Shown piece after piece: positions 47,409 to 57,543 of a stretch of 64,000 nucleotides of DNA. Below the pieces are notes generated by a model. It worked only from the letters and a program-made list of their open reading frames with translations, was not told where the DNA came from and searched no databases. Origin of the DNA: Candidatus Mycalebacterium zealandia (GTDB taxonomy: Bacteria > Desulfobacterota_D > UBA1144 > Nemesobacterales > Mycalebacteriaceae); contig CP046180.1 of NCBI GenBank assembly GCA_014075295.1, positions 954,458-1,018,457 on the forward strand, in the 5' to 3' direction. Each line of letters starts with the position of its first letter. The stretch's first letter is position 1. Position numbers and translations under genes: made by a program.

Positions 47409-48805
47409 CTGCGGCAATTCTCCACACTTTTTACGGGACTTCCAACCTTAAGCGGTAAAAACAAGAATCGTATTCTGCGCCCCTGCAAGTCTGACGCGTA
47501 GCCAAACGCCTTTCCGGCAATATGAAAAAAACTCTCATCGCATGATTTTCTGAAATTCAAAGTTCCGAACAAAAGAGAAACCGCAGTTCCCTTTCCGCGT
47601 TTTCTGCGGACTTCAAAAACTCTCCATAGAAAAGAGTAGTTTCTGTAAAACTTCGCGCTTGAACCGACAAACGGCTCAAAAGGCGCAAGCATGTGAAAAT
47701 AAGAACGTCCCTTGTCATCGCGTTTGTATGAAAACACGGGCCACAAATCAACCTTGAGCGAACTGCCCCTCCGAATTTTGTCAAACGGGGTTTCGCGCAC
47801 AACTTTAAGAGCAATCAGAAAACTGTCTTTTTTATATTCATGATGTTTGAATTTCAGTCTGGAAGACGTGTAAAGCGGCCATAGGAGAAACTTTGTTTTC
47901 TTCACCCCAAACGTCTCGGATGTTTCAAAAAAAGGAAAAAATCTCACTCTTCTCTCCGTATCGCTTTTTTTGAAATTTATAATGGGCCACGGCAAATGAA
48001 TAGAACGCAGATTACGTTCCGGATCAACGCTTTTCTGAAAAAAGGGCCACATATACATTGTGTGTGATTCGGTTCCGTAATTAATTCTGTAATAAAAAGG
48101 AAAAAACGCCCTGTAGCGTCTGTAGGTTTCACCGCTTCCTTTTTTCACATCAAAATGAAAAGGCCACAGCAAAAATCTGGAATGGGAATTCTTTCCTTTA
48201 GACCACCCGAACAGGGGCCAGAAGCGAATCCCTTTTTTCTTGCCCGAATAAAACGCGAAGACGGGCCACAAGAAATTGCGGGAAATCTCGCCATCTGAAC
48301 TGACGGTACGAAAATAGAGAGGGAAAAGAACAAATTTTGTTTTCCCGCCAAAATTTCCGTAAAACGGCGCAAACGCAAAAGACCTTTCCGCCGGATTCGG
48401 AGATGAGCGGTGAAAAATCAGAGGGTATATTCTGAGACTTTTTCCGCCGGAGCCGGTCAAGCCGGTTTGTTTTGAAAACGAAAGAGAATTAAAGAAAATC
48501 CCCATCCTGTATCCTCTCGGAGTTGCCCGATAGTGAAAAAAAGGATACAGAAAATCAAGGGACATAGAATCAAGCGACCTGTCTTTTTTAACATAAAACA
48601 GGGGCCTGAACGCAAACTCGGTTCTTTTTTCGTCTTTCACTCTGAGGAATGGTCCAAATGAATACGCGGACACAGAACTGTCTTCGCGGGAAACCCCAAA
48701 TGGGTCAGGTCTGAGAAAAAGCGCGTCCGCCGGGCGGGTTTGAACCACAATCATGAAAAAGACAATTAGCGAAAAAATCGCACGCGATGTTATACGGCAA
48801 CTCAA
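47405..48805 (-). CDS. Exported aromatic-rich repeat protein of unknown function
   Basis: Signal-peptide-like N-terminus from TTG 48805 (overlaps the alr stop); about 15 aromatic-Pro-aromatic repeats (e.g. FLWPVF). Confidence 0.75.
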   Translation of the reverse strand: MSCRITSRAIFSLIVFFMIVVQTRPADALFLRPDPFGVSREDSSVSAYSFGPFLRVKDEKRTEFAFRPLFYVKKDRSLDSMSLDFLYPFFHYRATPRGYRMGIFFNSLSFSKQTGLTGSGGKSLRIYPLIFHRSSPNPAERSFAFAPFYGNFGGKTKFVLFPLYFRTVSSDGEISRNFLWPVFAFYSGKKKGIRFWPLFGWSKGKNSHSRFLLWPFHFDVKKGSGETYRRYRAFFPFYYRINYGTESHTMYMWPFFQKSVDPERNLRSIHLPWPIINFKKSDTERRVRFFPFFETSETFGVKKTKFLLWPLYTSSRLKFKHHEYKKDSFLIALKVVRETPFDKIRRGSSLKVDLWPVFSYKRDDKGRSYFHMLAPFEPFVGSSAKFYRNYSFLWRVFEVRRKRGKGTAVSLLFGTLNFRKSCDESFFHIAGKAFGYASDLQGRRIRFLFLPLKVGSPVKSVENCRR

Positions 48806-49920
48806 TTTTCCTGATGTGGCTCCGCCGGCTCGTTTGAAATTCTTACACGAACTTTGCCCCCGATGAGCGTCATGATTTCGTAAGGTATGGTGCCCGCCCA
48901 CTGCGCCACATCTTCAACGAAAATTCCCTCGCCCCCGAATAAAATCACTTCATCCCCGATTTTAACCTGCGGAACACCGGTAATATCCAGAGTTGTAAAA
49001 TCCATGCACACTTCTCCCACGACCGGAACGGAAACACCGTTTACCGAAACACGGGCGCGGTTGGAAAGGCTTCTGTAATACCCGTCCTTGTATCCGACCG
49101 GAATGGTCGCGAGCAGCGAGGATTTTTTTGTTTTAAAAGTCCCGCCGTAACCAATCGGCTTGCCCGCGCCGATTTTTCTTATTCTTACAACCGAAGTTTT
49201 AACCTTCATGACCGGAGCCAGCCCGTTTTTTTCAAAAGACGAGCCGTAAAGCATAATTCCGGGCCTTACCATGTTGCCAAACGATTCTGAAAATCTCTGA
49301 ATCGCCGCGCTGTTCGCCATATGTTTGAAGTATGGACGCACGCCTGAATTTTCAAGATCCGAAACAACCGAATTAAATTCGGCAATCTGCTTAAAAGTCG
49401 GTTCGGGTTCAGAAGCCGAAGAATGGGCGAAATGAGTAAACACACCCGCGAGATTCAAGCCCGGTAAGGTGCGCGCTTTTTCCATTAAATCAAAAACATC
49501 TTCCCTTGTGGCGCCGAGGCGTGCCATTCCGGTGTCTATCTTAAGGTGGTATTCCACCTTTTTGCCGGATTTTTTTGCGGCTTTGGAAAGAGAATTAAGA
49601 CAGTTTTCCGTAAAAACCGAAAGCGTAAGCCCGGCTTTGACGGCATCCGCGACCAAACAGTCCTGCGTCACGCCCATAACAAGAACGGGCGCCGAAACAC
49701 CGGACTCCCTTATCTCCAGCCCCTCCTCAACCGAGGAAACTCCAAGCATCACAACCGGAGGAAGTTTCGCGAGTTTTCTGCTGATTTCAACCGCGCCGTG
49801 CCCGTACGCATCCGCCTTGACGACAGCCGTTATCCCGACATCCTTTCCGACCGTCCGCGCCGACAATTCCACATTGCTTCTCAATGCATTGAAATCAATT
49901 TCAGTCCATACGCGGTTCAT
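48802..49920 (-). CDS. alr: Alanine racemase
   Basis: AVVKADAYGHG, HLKIDTGMARLG, VRPGIMLYG, TIPYE. Confidence 0.97.
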   Translation of the reverse strand: MNRVWTEIDFNALRSNVELSARTVGKDVGITAVVKADAYGHGAVEISRKLAKLPPVVMLGVSSVEEGLEIRESGVSAPVLVMGVTQDCLVADAVKAGLTLSVFTENCLNSLSKAAKKSGKKVEYHLKIDTGMARLGATREDVFDLMEKARTLPGLNLAGVFTHFAHSSASEPEPTFKQIAEFNSVVSDLENSGVRPYFKHMANSAAIQRFSESFGNMVRPGIMLYGSSFEKNGLAPVMKVKTSVVRIRKIGAGKPIGYGGTFKTKKSSLLATIPVGYKDGYYRSLSNRARVSVNGVSVPVVGEVCMDFTTLDITGVPQVKIGDEVILFGGEGIFVEDVAQWAGTIPYEIMTLIGGKVRVRISNEPAEPHQEN

Positions 49921-50003
49921 CAAACAGAGGTTTGTGAGAAAATTAAAACCTTTCGTTATGATAAGATACCGTCGCTTGGAAAGCAACACGGGCCTTTACT
50001 GCA

Positions 50004-51161
50004 ATGAATCCGACCGAGTCAAAATCAACAAAAATCATAGGAGCGATACTAGCGACAAGACTTCTCGGAATTTTCCTTATTCTTCCCGTTTTCAGTTCCT
50101 ACGCTTTGCAGTATCCGGGCTCTTCACATTTTCTCACGGGGCTGGCTTTCGGCATATACGCGCTAACGCAGGCTCTTTTTCAAATTCCATTCGGAAGGGC
50201 GAGTGACAGATTCGGAAGAAAACCCGTAATCGTGGGAGGGCTCATGCTTTTCTGCGCGGGCAGCATCGGTTGCGGGCTGGCGGAAAACATCTGGCAACTC
50301 ATAATCGCGAGAGCGGTTCAGGGGAGCGGCGCTGTAGGCGCGGTAGCAATAGCCGCACTCGGAGATTTCACAAGACCTGAAGTTCGGGGGCAGTCTTTCG
50401 CGATAACAGGCCTGATCATCGGCGCGAGTTTTATGGTTTCGCTTCTCGCGGGTCCCGTTATGGCGTCATGGATGGGGTTTGAAACGCTTTTTTACGTTCT
50501 CGCCGCTCTCGGAGTCGCTTCAATTACAATAACTCTCGCGTTTTTCCCCAATGAAAAAACAGATGTCGTACACGAGCCTGAAGAACCCGCACCCACGCTC
50601 CGGAAAAACTCAAAAATAAAGGAAATACTCGTAAGTTCTTTCATACTGTCTTCCATTCTCAACATCTTCCTGTTTGTATATCCGCTCAGTTGGGAAAGCA
50701 CGGCGGGAGAAAGAATTTCCCATATCTGGGAAGCGTATTTTATTATGCTTCTTCCCGCGGCGTTTTTCGCTTATCCTTTCCTGAAAATTATGGAGAGAAG
50801 AAAGAAAATGAACATTCCCCCACCTGTGGCGATTGCTCTTCTGGCCACGGGAACGGCTATCGCGGCACTGATTCCGGGCAAGACCGGATTGATTGTCGCG
50901 GGCACGATTTTCTTTCTCGGACACTCAATCTTTCAACCACTTCTTCCCGCTTTTCTCACTCAAGTGGTGTCAAGCGGGTCGCGCGGAAATGTGGCGGGAT
51001 TGCTCAACCTCGCGAGTTTTCTCGGAGCGTTTACGGGAAGCATGCTCGCGGGATTGTTGTTTCCCGCAGGATTCGGCTTAGCTTTGGCTCTGTGTTTTGT
51101 GCTCATAGCGGCTTGGCCGCTCGTGGGAATTCCCAAACCTCCAAGCAGTGGAGCGGTTTAG
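50004..51161 (+). CDS. MFS transporter (YajR-like)
   Basis: QIPFGRASDRFGRKPV motif A; about 12 TM segments. Confidence 0.88.
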   Translation: MNPTESKSTKIIGAILATRLLGIFLILPVFSSYALQYPGSSHFLTGLAFGIYALTQALFQIPFGRASDRFGRKPVIVGGLMLFCAGSIGCGLAENIWQLIIARAVQGSGAVGAVAIAALGDFTRPEVRGQSFAITGLIIGASFMVSLLAGPVMASWMGFETLFYVLAALGVASITITLAFFPNEKTDVVHEPEEPAPTLRKNSKIKEILVSSFILSSILNIFLFVYPLSWESTAGERISHIWEAYFIMLLPAAFFAYPFLKIMERRKKMNIPPPVAIALLATGTAIAALIPGKTGLIVAGTIFFLGHSIFQPLLPAFLTQVVSSGSRGNVAGLLNLASFLGAFTGSMLAGLLFPAGFGLALALCFVLIAAWPLVGIPKPPSSGAV

Positions 51162-51177
51162 AGGCGTACAACATAAG

Positions 51178-52062
51178 ATGACTTTCCCCGAACTTTACAG
51201 AAATCCGTCCAAACCGGTCATATCATTTGAGATATTTCCTCCGAAAACACCGGAGGGAAAGGGAAACCTCCTGTCCTCTCTGGAAGTCCTTGCGAAACTC
51301 TCCCCGGGATTTATCTCAGTTACATACGGCGCAATGGGGTCAACCCGCGGAAACAGTTTTGAGATTGCGTCCCACATAAAAGACAAACTGAAAATTGAGA
51401 CCGCAAGCCACCTGACCTGCGTGGGATCCTCAAGCGCGGAAATAGATTTGATTCTAAAAAACCTGCGCGAGCGCGGCATAGAAAACATCGTGGCGTTGCG
51501 GGGAGACCCGCCCGACAACCGGAAGAAGTTCACCACGGCGCATGGCGGATATTCACACGCAAACGAATTGGTGGAACATATACGGGGTTTTGAAAGTGAA
51601 AACCGAAACGGGCGTTTCGGCGTGGCAGTGGCTGGATATCCGGAAAAACACATTGAAGCCCCCTCGCTTGAGAAAGACATAGAAAACCTTGCGAAAAAAA
51701 TTCACGCCGGTGCGGATACAATAATCACGCAACTGTTTTATGACAACCGGTTCTATTTTGACTATGTGAAAAAAGTCAGGCGCGCCGGACTTGAAAATCC
51801 CGTAATACCGGGGCTCATGCCAATTCTCTCAATGCGGCAGGTCTTGAAAATAACATCAATGTGCGGAACTACGGTCCCCGAGTCTATAATGAAACGCCTT
51901 GAAGAGTGCGAAAGAAAAAACGGCGACATTGGACAGGTCGCAATAGACATCTGTGCCGAACAGGCGGAAAACCTTCTGAGCGAAGGCGTGCCGGGAATAC
52001 ATTTTTATGTTCTGAACAGGGCTTCGTATGTCAAATCCGTGCTGAAACGGCTCGGCTTGTGA
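51178..52062 (+). CDS. metF: 5,10-methylenetetrahydrofolate reductase
   Basis: SFEIFPPK, SVTYGA, HLTC, LRGDPP, GYPEKH, ITQLFY. Confidence 0.96.
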   Translation: MTFPELYRNPSKPVISFEIFPPKTPEGKGNLLSSLEVLAKLSPGFISVTYGAMGSTRGNSFEIASHIKDKLKIETASHLTCVGSSSAEIDLILKNLRERGIENIVALRGDPPDNRKKFTTAHGGYSHANELVEHIRGFESENRNGRFGVAVAGYPEKHIEAPSLEKDIENLAKKIHAGADTIITQLFYDNRFYFDYVKKVRRAGLENPVIPGLMPILSMRQVLKITSMCGTTVPESIMKRLEECERKNGDIGQVAIDICAEQAENLLSEGVPGIHFYVLNRASYVKSVLKRLGL

Positions 52063-52069
52063 GCACAAG

Positions 52070-52702
52070 TCAGGGCGCAAGCCGTTCCACAATCCAATCT
52101 GATTCCTCTTTGCGATATCTTATTCTGTCGTGCATGCGGTTTGCCCTGCCCTGCCAAAATTCAAAAACCGAAGGCACCACCCTATACCCCTTCCAGAACG
52201 GCGGGCGCGGGATTGTTTCGGAATTCTCAAATTGCACCGCACGCCGTGCGAATTCTTTATCAATTTCATCCCTGCCGCTTACGACACGCCCTTGAATCGA
52301 AGCCCACGCCCCTATGCGGCTCTCGCGGGGTCTTTGCGCAAAATAGTCATCCGCTTCGGAGTCTTCCACGGACTCAATTTGACCCCCAATCCTTACCTGC
52401 CTCTCAAGAACATTCCAGAAAAAACATATTGCCACATGTGGATTGGAGTCCATCTCCGAAGCTTTTCTGCTAAGCGAATTTGTGTAGAAAACAAAGCTGT
52501 TTTCATTGAAATTTTTGAGGAGCAACACCCTTGACGAAGGCGCGCCGTCTTTGGACGCGGTTGAAAGCGTGAACGCATTCGGCAAATCCATGCCGGAGTC
52601 GCAGGCGTCTTTATACCAGACAAGAAACTGCTTGAACGGGTCGCAGTCAATATCGGACTCATCAAGACCCATAAGCAAATATTGTCTGTCGTTTTTCTTC
52701 AC
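52070..52702 (-). CDS. pdxH: Pyridoxamine 5'-phosphate oxidase
   Basis: RVLLLK, RQVRI, RPRESRIGAWAS, EFWQGR..RMHDR, RLAP. Confidence 0.96.
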   Translation of the reverse strand: MKKNDRQYLLMGLDESDIDCDPFKQFLVWYKDACDSGMDLPNAFTLSTASKDGAPSSRVLLLKNFNENSFVFYTNSLSRKASEMDSNPHVAICFFWNVLERQVRIGGQIESVEDSEADDYFAQRPRESRIGAWASIQGRVVSGRDEIDKEFARRAVQFENSETIPRPPFWKGYRVVPSVFEFWQGRANRMHDRIRYRKEESDWIVERLAP

Positions 52703-53607
52703 AACTCCGTTCTCCCGAGTTCGGCGCGGAGAAATGTCTCCAAATTTCCGTCTTCAAAATGGAATCCGGCGTTTATTAGTTTTTCGGGAACAACCCGCAC
52801 GCTACTCATAATAACTTCCTCTCCCATCTCTCCTAAAACAAATTTTATAAGCGGCTCGCTCAATGACAAAAAAACCGGTCGCCTCAAAGCCCGCGAGAGA
52901 CAGCGGGTGAAGTCGGCGTTTGGCATCGGCGTGGGCGATACTATGTTCACCGGCCCCGAAACGGAATCGTTTGCGAGAATAAACTCCATAGCCCTGACGG
53001 CGTCCCGTTTTGATATCCAACTCATATAACCGCTTCCGTCCCCTATTCGGGCCCCAAGACCCAGCAGAAACGGAATTCTCATCATTTTCAGAGCCGCGCC
53101 ATCGCGCGCGAGCACGATTCCAAACCGCAAGTTCACAACCCTTGTCGCGGAACCGGCGGCTCTTGCCGCGTTTTCCCATTTTTCCGCGACCCGCGCGAGA
53201 AAGCCCTGTCCAGCGCCGCTACGCTCGGAAAGAACCTCATCATCCCTGTTCCCGTAAAAACCGGTTGCGGACGCGCAAATAAAAACCTTCGGCGGATTTT
53301 CAAGTCCCAACAGAGCGGAAGCCAGAAACTCCGTGCCTGCCACTCTGCTGTGCTCAATTTCGGCTTTTACAGAATCCGTCCATCTGCGCATTATGTTCCT
53401 TCCGGCAAGATGAATGACGGCGTCCGCTCCTTCAAAATCGCGCGGGTTGAACTTGCCCCGTACGGGGTCGCACAGAACCGCTCCCTCTTGCTTGCGCGCT
53501 CCGCGGCTGTCTCTGACAATGAGCAAAACCTCATGCCCACGGGCTTTGAGGGAAGAGACGAGGCTTTTTCCGATAAAACCTCCCGAACCGGATACTAAAA
53601 CCTTCAC
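52699..53607 (-). CDS. YfcH/TIGR01777-like NAD-dependent epimerase
   Basis: GGSGFIG, IHLAG, ASATGFYG, RFGIVL. Confidence 0.88.
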   Translation of the reverse strand: MKVLVSGSGGFIGKSLVSSLKARGHEVLLIVRDSRGARKQEGAVLCDPVRGKFNPRDFEGADAVIHLAGRNIMRRWTDSVKAEIEHSRVAGTEFLASALLGLENPPKVFICASATGFYGNRDDEVLSERSGAGQGFLARVAEKWENAARAAGSATRVVNLRFGIVLARDGAALKMMRIPFLLGLGARIGDGSGYMSWISKRDAVRAMEFILANDSVSGPVNIVSPTPMPNADFTRCLSRALRRPVFLSLSEPLIKFVLGEMGEEVIMSSVRVVPEKLINAGFHFEDGNLETFLRAELGRTEL

Positions 53608-53670
53608 AGTTTTCGGAATAGTCTTTAATAAAATGTAAAAAATCAATGGGCGGAACGCGCACGGGCGTTC

Positions 53671-54696
53671 TTAACCGCCGAAAGTTTCAATAATTCTTTT
53701 CTGATACATCTCAACCTGTTCGGGTTCAAGATAGTAATGAGGAGCGCTCAAAATCGGCAAATCCAGATAGTCCGAGCAGCCGTCAAGTTTCTTTCTACAC
53801 TCATCAGCCGTGCCGACAATGGCAAAAGTGTCAAGCATATCATCGGTCACATTCTCAATCATCGCACGCACGTCGCCTTTGAAATAGGAATCACGGATTT
53901 TTTCCGCTTGCCCGATAAAACCGTGAAGCGTAAACGGCTTCCAATAAGTCTTTACGGTGGCGTAAAAAGCGACTGTGGCTTTGGCGGCTCTGCGCGTTTC
54001 TTCCAGATCGTTTTTTCCGCAAACCGCGCAGATAAAAATTGAAGAAACGCAAAAATCCGACCGTGCGCGCCCGGCGGACTCAAGCCCTTCACGTAGAACG
54101 GGAACAATAGTCTCCTCAATATATTTCTTTGAACAGACTATGTGCCCAATGTAACCGTCCGCGCATAAAGCCGCCGCGCGCGCCATTCCGCCGCCGACTG
54201 CCGCGAGAAAAATCGGCACATCGGTGCGGACGGGCTTGAAGGGCCTTGTGAACCCTTTGATGTTAATATCGTAATATTCGCCACCGTAAGCAACATCATT
54301 TCCGGTATGCGAACCCAGAATAACGCGCCTGACGACGTCAACACACTCTTTTATTCTCGTAACGGGTTTGCCGTGCGGTTGTCCGTGCCACGTTTCGTTC
54401 GTGCGTCTGGCGCCGGAACCGAGCCCGAGTATCAGCCGTCCGTCCGAAGCCTCGTCTATGTCCATCGCGCTTATCGCCGTAATCAGCGGGCTTCTGACAA
54501 AAGCAAGCGCAACTGAGCTGCCAAGTTTAATTTTGGAGGTATGCTGAGCAATCGCGGCAAGTTGCTGAAAAGCGGTTCTGTAAAGTTCGGTCGCCCAGAC
54601 GGAATGGAACCCCGCGCTTTCAGCGTATTTGGAAATTTCCACTATGCCTTTGAGAGAGTGGGAGTCAACTATCAGTCCAAGAGGAGTTTTTTTCAT
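53671..54696 (-). CDS. LLM-class flavin-dependent oxidoreductase
   Basis: AESAGFHSVWATE, GRLILGLGSG, PIFLAAVG. Confidence 0.85.
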   Translation of the reverse strand: MKKTPLGLIVDSHSLKGIVEISKYAESAGFHSVWATELYRTAFQQLAAIAQHTSKIKLGSSVALAFVRSPLITAISAMDIDEASDGRLILGLGSGARRTNETWHGQPHGKPVTRIKECVDVVRRVILGSHTGNDVAYGGEYYDINIKGFTRPFKPVRTDVPIFLAAVGGGMARAAALCADGYIGHIVCSKKYIEETIVPVLREGLESAGRARSDFCVSSIFICAVCGKNDLEETRRAAKATVAFYATVKTYWKPFTLHGFIGQAEKIRDSYFKGDVRAMIENVTDDMLDTFAIVGTADECRKKLDGCSDYLDLPILSAPHYYLEPEQVEMYQKRIIETFGG

Positions 54697-54707
54697 TCCG
54701 GAAGGAA

Positions 54708-55388
54708 TTACCCTTTTTTCTCGTCGCCGTTTTCTCCGGCATCGGTATCGGATGGTTGTTCATCCTGCGCGGGCGTGTTTGTTTCAGCGGGTTTAGCCTC
54801 CGCTTCGTGCTGTTTTTCCTCGTTCTGAAGCTGGTTACTTTGAGGTTGTGCGGCTTCGGGGTTTTCCTTTTTCTCTTTCTTCGCTTCCTTTACACCCTCT
54901 TTCGCTTCGGCGGATTCAGGGGATTTCTCCTCCTCTTTTTTCGGAGGCGGAGGCGAAGGCAGACTTGATTTACGAGGCGTTTTTGTGCGGGTGGACGGCT
55001 GGTATTCCTCGGTTACAAGCTCTATCTGGGAAATCGGCGTCTGGTCTCCTTTTCTGTAATCCAGACTGATAATTCTTGAGTAACCGCCGGGACGCTGTTT
55101 GTATCTTTCCGCAATCTCGGTAAACACCTTGCGCGCGACTTCTTTGTCCCTTATGTAACCGAAAATCCGTCTTTTGTAAGATAGCCCTCCGTTCGAAGCT
55201 CCTTTTTCCAAGCCGTTTTTGGCAAGCGTGATAATTTTATCCACCACCCGCTTCAACTCTTTTGCTTTTGTATCAGTTGTGCGGATTTTTTCGTGTCTGA
55301 AGAGTTCAGTCGCCAAATTGCGAAACATCGCCTTTCTGTGCTTGGTCGTAACGCCAAGTTTTCTTCCCAATCTTCTGTTTCTCATCAC
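54708..55388 (-). CDS. rplQ: 50S ribosomal protein L17 with a long C-terminal tail
   Basis: HRKAMFRNL, IRTTDTKAKE, RPGGYSRI. Confidence 0.96.
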   Translation of the reverse strand: MMRNRRLGRKLGVTTKHRKAMFRNLATELFRHEKIRTTDTKAKELKRVVDKIITLAKNGLEKGASNGGLSYKRRIFGYIRDKEVARKVFTEIAERYKQRPGGYSRIISLDYRKGDQTPISQIELVTEEYQPSTRTKTPRKSSLPSPPPPKKEEEKSPESAEAKEGVKEAKKEKKENPEAAQPQSNQLQNEEKQHEAEAKPAETNTPAQDEQPSDTDAGENGDEKKG

Positions 55389-55416
55389 ACAATTTTCCCA
55401 AAGCGCAACAAACCTG

Positions 55417-56442
55417 TTACTTGGCGCGGCTTTCTTTTACCTTTTCGTAAATCTCCTGATTGATTTTCATGTCAAGAGTGAGCGACGGCGAAAGAGTTTT
55501 GAGTTTGTCGCTCACATCTTCAAGCGAACTTTTACCGAAACTCGGAAGATGCAGCAGTTCTCTCTCACTTTTCTGAACCAAATCCCCGACATACTTCATA
55601 TCCGCACTGGTCATACAATTCAGCGACCTGACGGAAAAATCCACTTCATCAAGCGGCGTGAACAGAACATCTTCATCGCCTTTAATTACGAGAGTCTCTT
55701 CGGTACTCTCCTCCTGTTCCAATTCCTGTTCGTTGAAATTGATAAATCTGCCGAGCTGGTGAGTGATTATTTTCGCCGCGTAGGCAAGCGCGTTTTCAGC
55801 AAGCACCGAACCCTTTGTCCATATCTCAATTTCAAGATTTTCGTAGTCGGTTTTTCTGCCAACACGAGCGTTTTTGATTGTGTAATTCACCTTTGTGACC
55901 GGAGAGAAAAAAGCGTCAACGGGCAGATACTCTTCCCCCATTGAACGCGCGTTCTCTCTTTCCTCAACGGGTTGATAGCCTCTGCCGGTTTCAACCACCA
56001 GACTCATCTCAAGTTTTGTTTTGTCTGAAACGGTCGCTATGAAATGGTCGCCGTTGAGAACCTCAATTTTGTTCGTTGATTTGATGTCCGAAGCCGTAAC
56101 CTCTCCGGGACCCTGAAAGACCATCTCCACAATTTGAGACTCGGAGGTTGTCGTTTTGAAATTCACGCCTTTGAGGTTGATGAGGATTTCCACAGCGTCC
56201 TCAACAACTCCGGGGATTGAAGAAAACTCGTGAAGAACTCCCTCTATTTTGACCGCCGTGACGGCCGGACCTTGCAACGAGGAAAGAAGAACTCGCCTGA
56301 GCGCGTTACCTATCGTAACGCCGTAACCCCTTTCAAGCGGCTCGAAACTGAATTTCCCGTAGAAAGGCGTCGCGGTCTTTTCGTCTTTGTTGACTTTCTT
56401 CGGTACTACAAGCGTTGTCCAATTATTCTGAAAATCTTTCAA
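55417..56442 (-). CDS. rpoA: RNA polymerase alpha subunit
   Basis: EPLERGYGVTIGNALRRVLLSS, VDAFFSPV, FSVRSLNC. Confidence 0.98.
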   Translation of the reverse strand: MKDFQNNWTTLVVPKKVNKDEKTATPFYGKFSFEPLERGYGVTIGNALRRVLLSSLQGPAVTAVKIEGVLHEFSSIPGVVEDAVEILINLKGVNFKTTTSESQIVEMVFQGPGEVTASDIKSTNKIEVLNGDHFIATVSDKTKLEMSLVVETGRGYQPVEERENARSMGEEYLPVDAFFSPVTKVNYTIKNARVGRKTDYENLEIEIWTKGSVLAENALAYAAKIITHQLGRFINFNEQELEQEESTEETLVIKGDEDVLFTPLDEVDFSVRSLNCMTSADMKYVGDLVQKSERELLHLPSFGKSSLEDVSDKLKTLSPSLTLDMKINQEIYEKVKESRAK

Positions 56443-56495
56443 TATCTATGTCCTCCACTAAAAAAAAGCAAAATGCTTCAATATCACACCACGAA

Positions 56496-57128
56496 TCATA
56501 CTCTTGAGTAAAATTCAACAATCAAGTTTTCACTGACCGGAATCTGAACATCCTCCCTTTCAGGCGTTTTGTTCATGATTCCTTTGTACTTTTCCCTGTC
56601 GAGGCTCAGCCAACCGGGAATTCCTTTTTTCTCCGAAAGCCCCAGCGATTTGTTGACGCTTGGCATCTTTCTGCTCCGCTCCCTGACTTCAACAACACTT
56701 GAAGGGGTTACTCTGTAAGATGACACGTCCACGCGCCTGCCGTCAACATTGATGTGCCCGAGATTCACAAGTTGGCGAGCCTGATTTCGGGACGAGGCAA
56801 AGCCGAGCCGGAATACAACATTGTCAAGTCGTGTTTCAATAATTGAGAGAAGCAATGACCCCGTAACACCTTTCGTTCTTGCCGCCTCTCTGAAATAGAT
56901 TTTGAACTGACGCTCGGTCATTCCGTAAATCCTTTTGGCTTTCTGTTTCTCCCTGAGCCTCAATCCGTATTCGGTAATCCTTCTGCGTATTCTCTTGCCC
57001 TGCAAACCGGGAGGATACGGCTTTCTCTCTATGGCGCACTTACTTGTCATACACCTTTCGCCTTTGAGAAACAACTGTTCCCCTTCTCTTCTGCATAATT
57101 TGCACGCGGGTCCTGTATATCTTGCCAT
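56496..57128 (-). CDS. rpsD: 30S ribosomal protein S4
   Basis: MARYTGPACKLCRREG, LREKQK, RLDNVVFRLG. Confidence 0.98.
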   Translation of the reverse strand: MARYTGPACKLCRREGEQLFLKGERCMTSKCAIERKPYPPGLQGKRIRRRITEYGLRLREKQKAKRIYGMTERQFKIYFREAARTKGVTGSLLLSIIETRLDNVVFRLGFASSRNQARQLVNLGHINVDGRRVDVSSYRVTPSSVVEVRERSRKMPSVNKSLGLSEKKGIPGWLSLDREKYKGIMNKTPEREDVQIPVSENLIVEFYSRV

Positions 57129-57143
57129 CTACAACTCTCCCTC

Positions 57144-57527
57144 TTAAACCCGTCTCTTACCCGGAGGTCTGCATCCGTTGTGAGGAATAGGTGTAACGTC
57201 TCTGATTGACGCGACCCGCAAACCCGCCGCCTGAATTGATCTTATTGCCGATTCCCTTCCGGGACCGGGTCCCTTCACATACACACGCACGGACTTCATT
57301 CCGGAACTCAGCGCCCTTTTTGCCGCATCTTCAGCTGCAACCTGAGCCGCAAACGGGGTTCCCTTTCTCGTGCCTTTGAAGCCTCTGGTTCCTCCGCTTG
57401 ACCACGCAATCACATCTCCCTGAGGATCGGACACGGTAATAATCGTGTTGCCAAAAGTGGCGTGTATATTTACCAGCCCCTCTTCAACAGACCTTTTTAC
57501 TTTTTTCTTTGTTCCTTTCTTCGCCAC
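57144..57527 (-). CDS. rpsK: 30S ribosomal protein S11
   Basis: [30 protein letters not shown]. Confidence 0.98.
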   Translation of the reverse strand: MAKKGTKKKVKRSVEEGLVNIHATFGNTIITVSDPQGDVIAWSSGGTRGFKGTRKGTPFAAQVAAEDAAKRALSSGMKSVRVYVKGPGPGRESAIRSIQAAGLRVASIRDVTPIPHNGCRPPGKRRV

Positions 57528-57543
57528 TGCGTTCTATCCCCTG

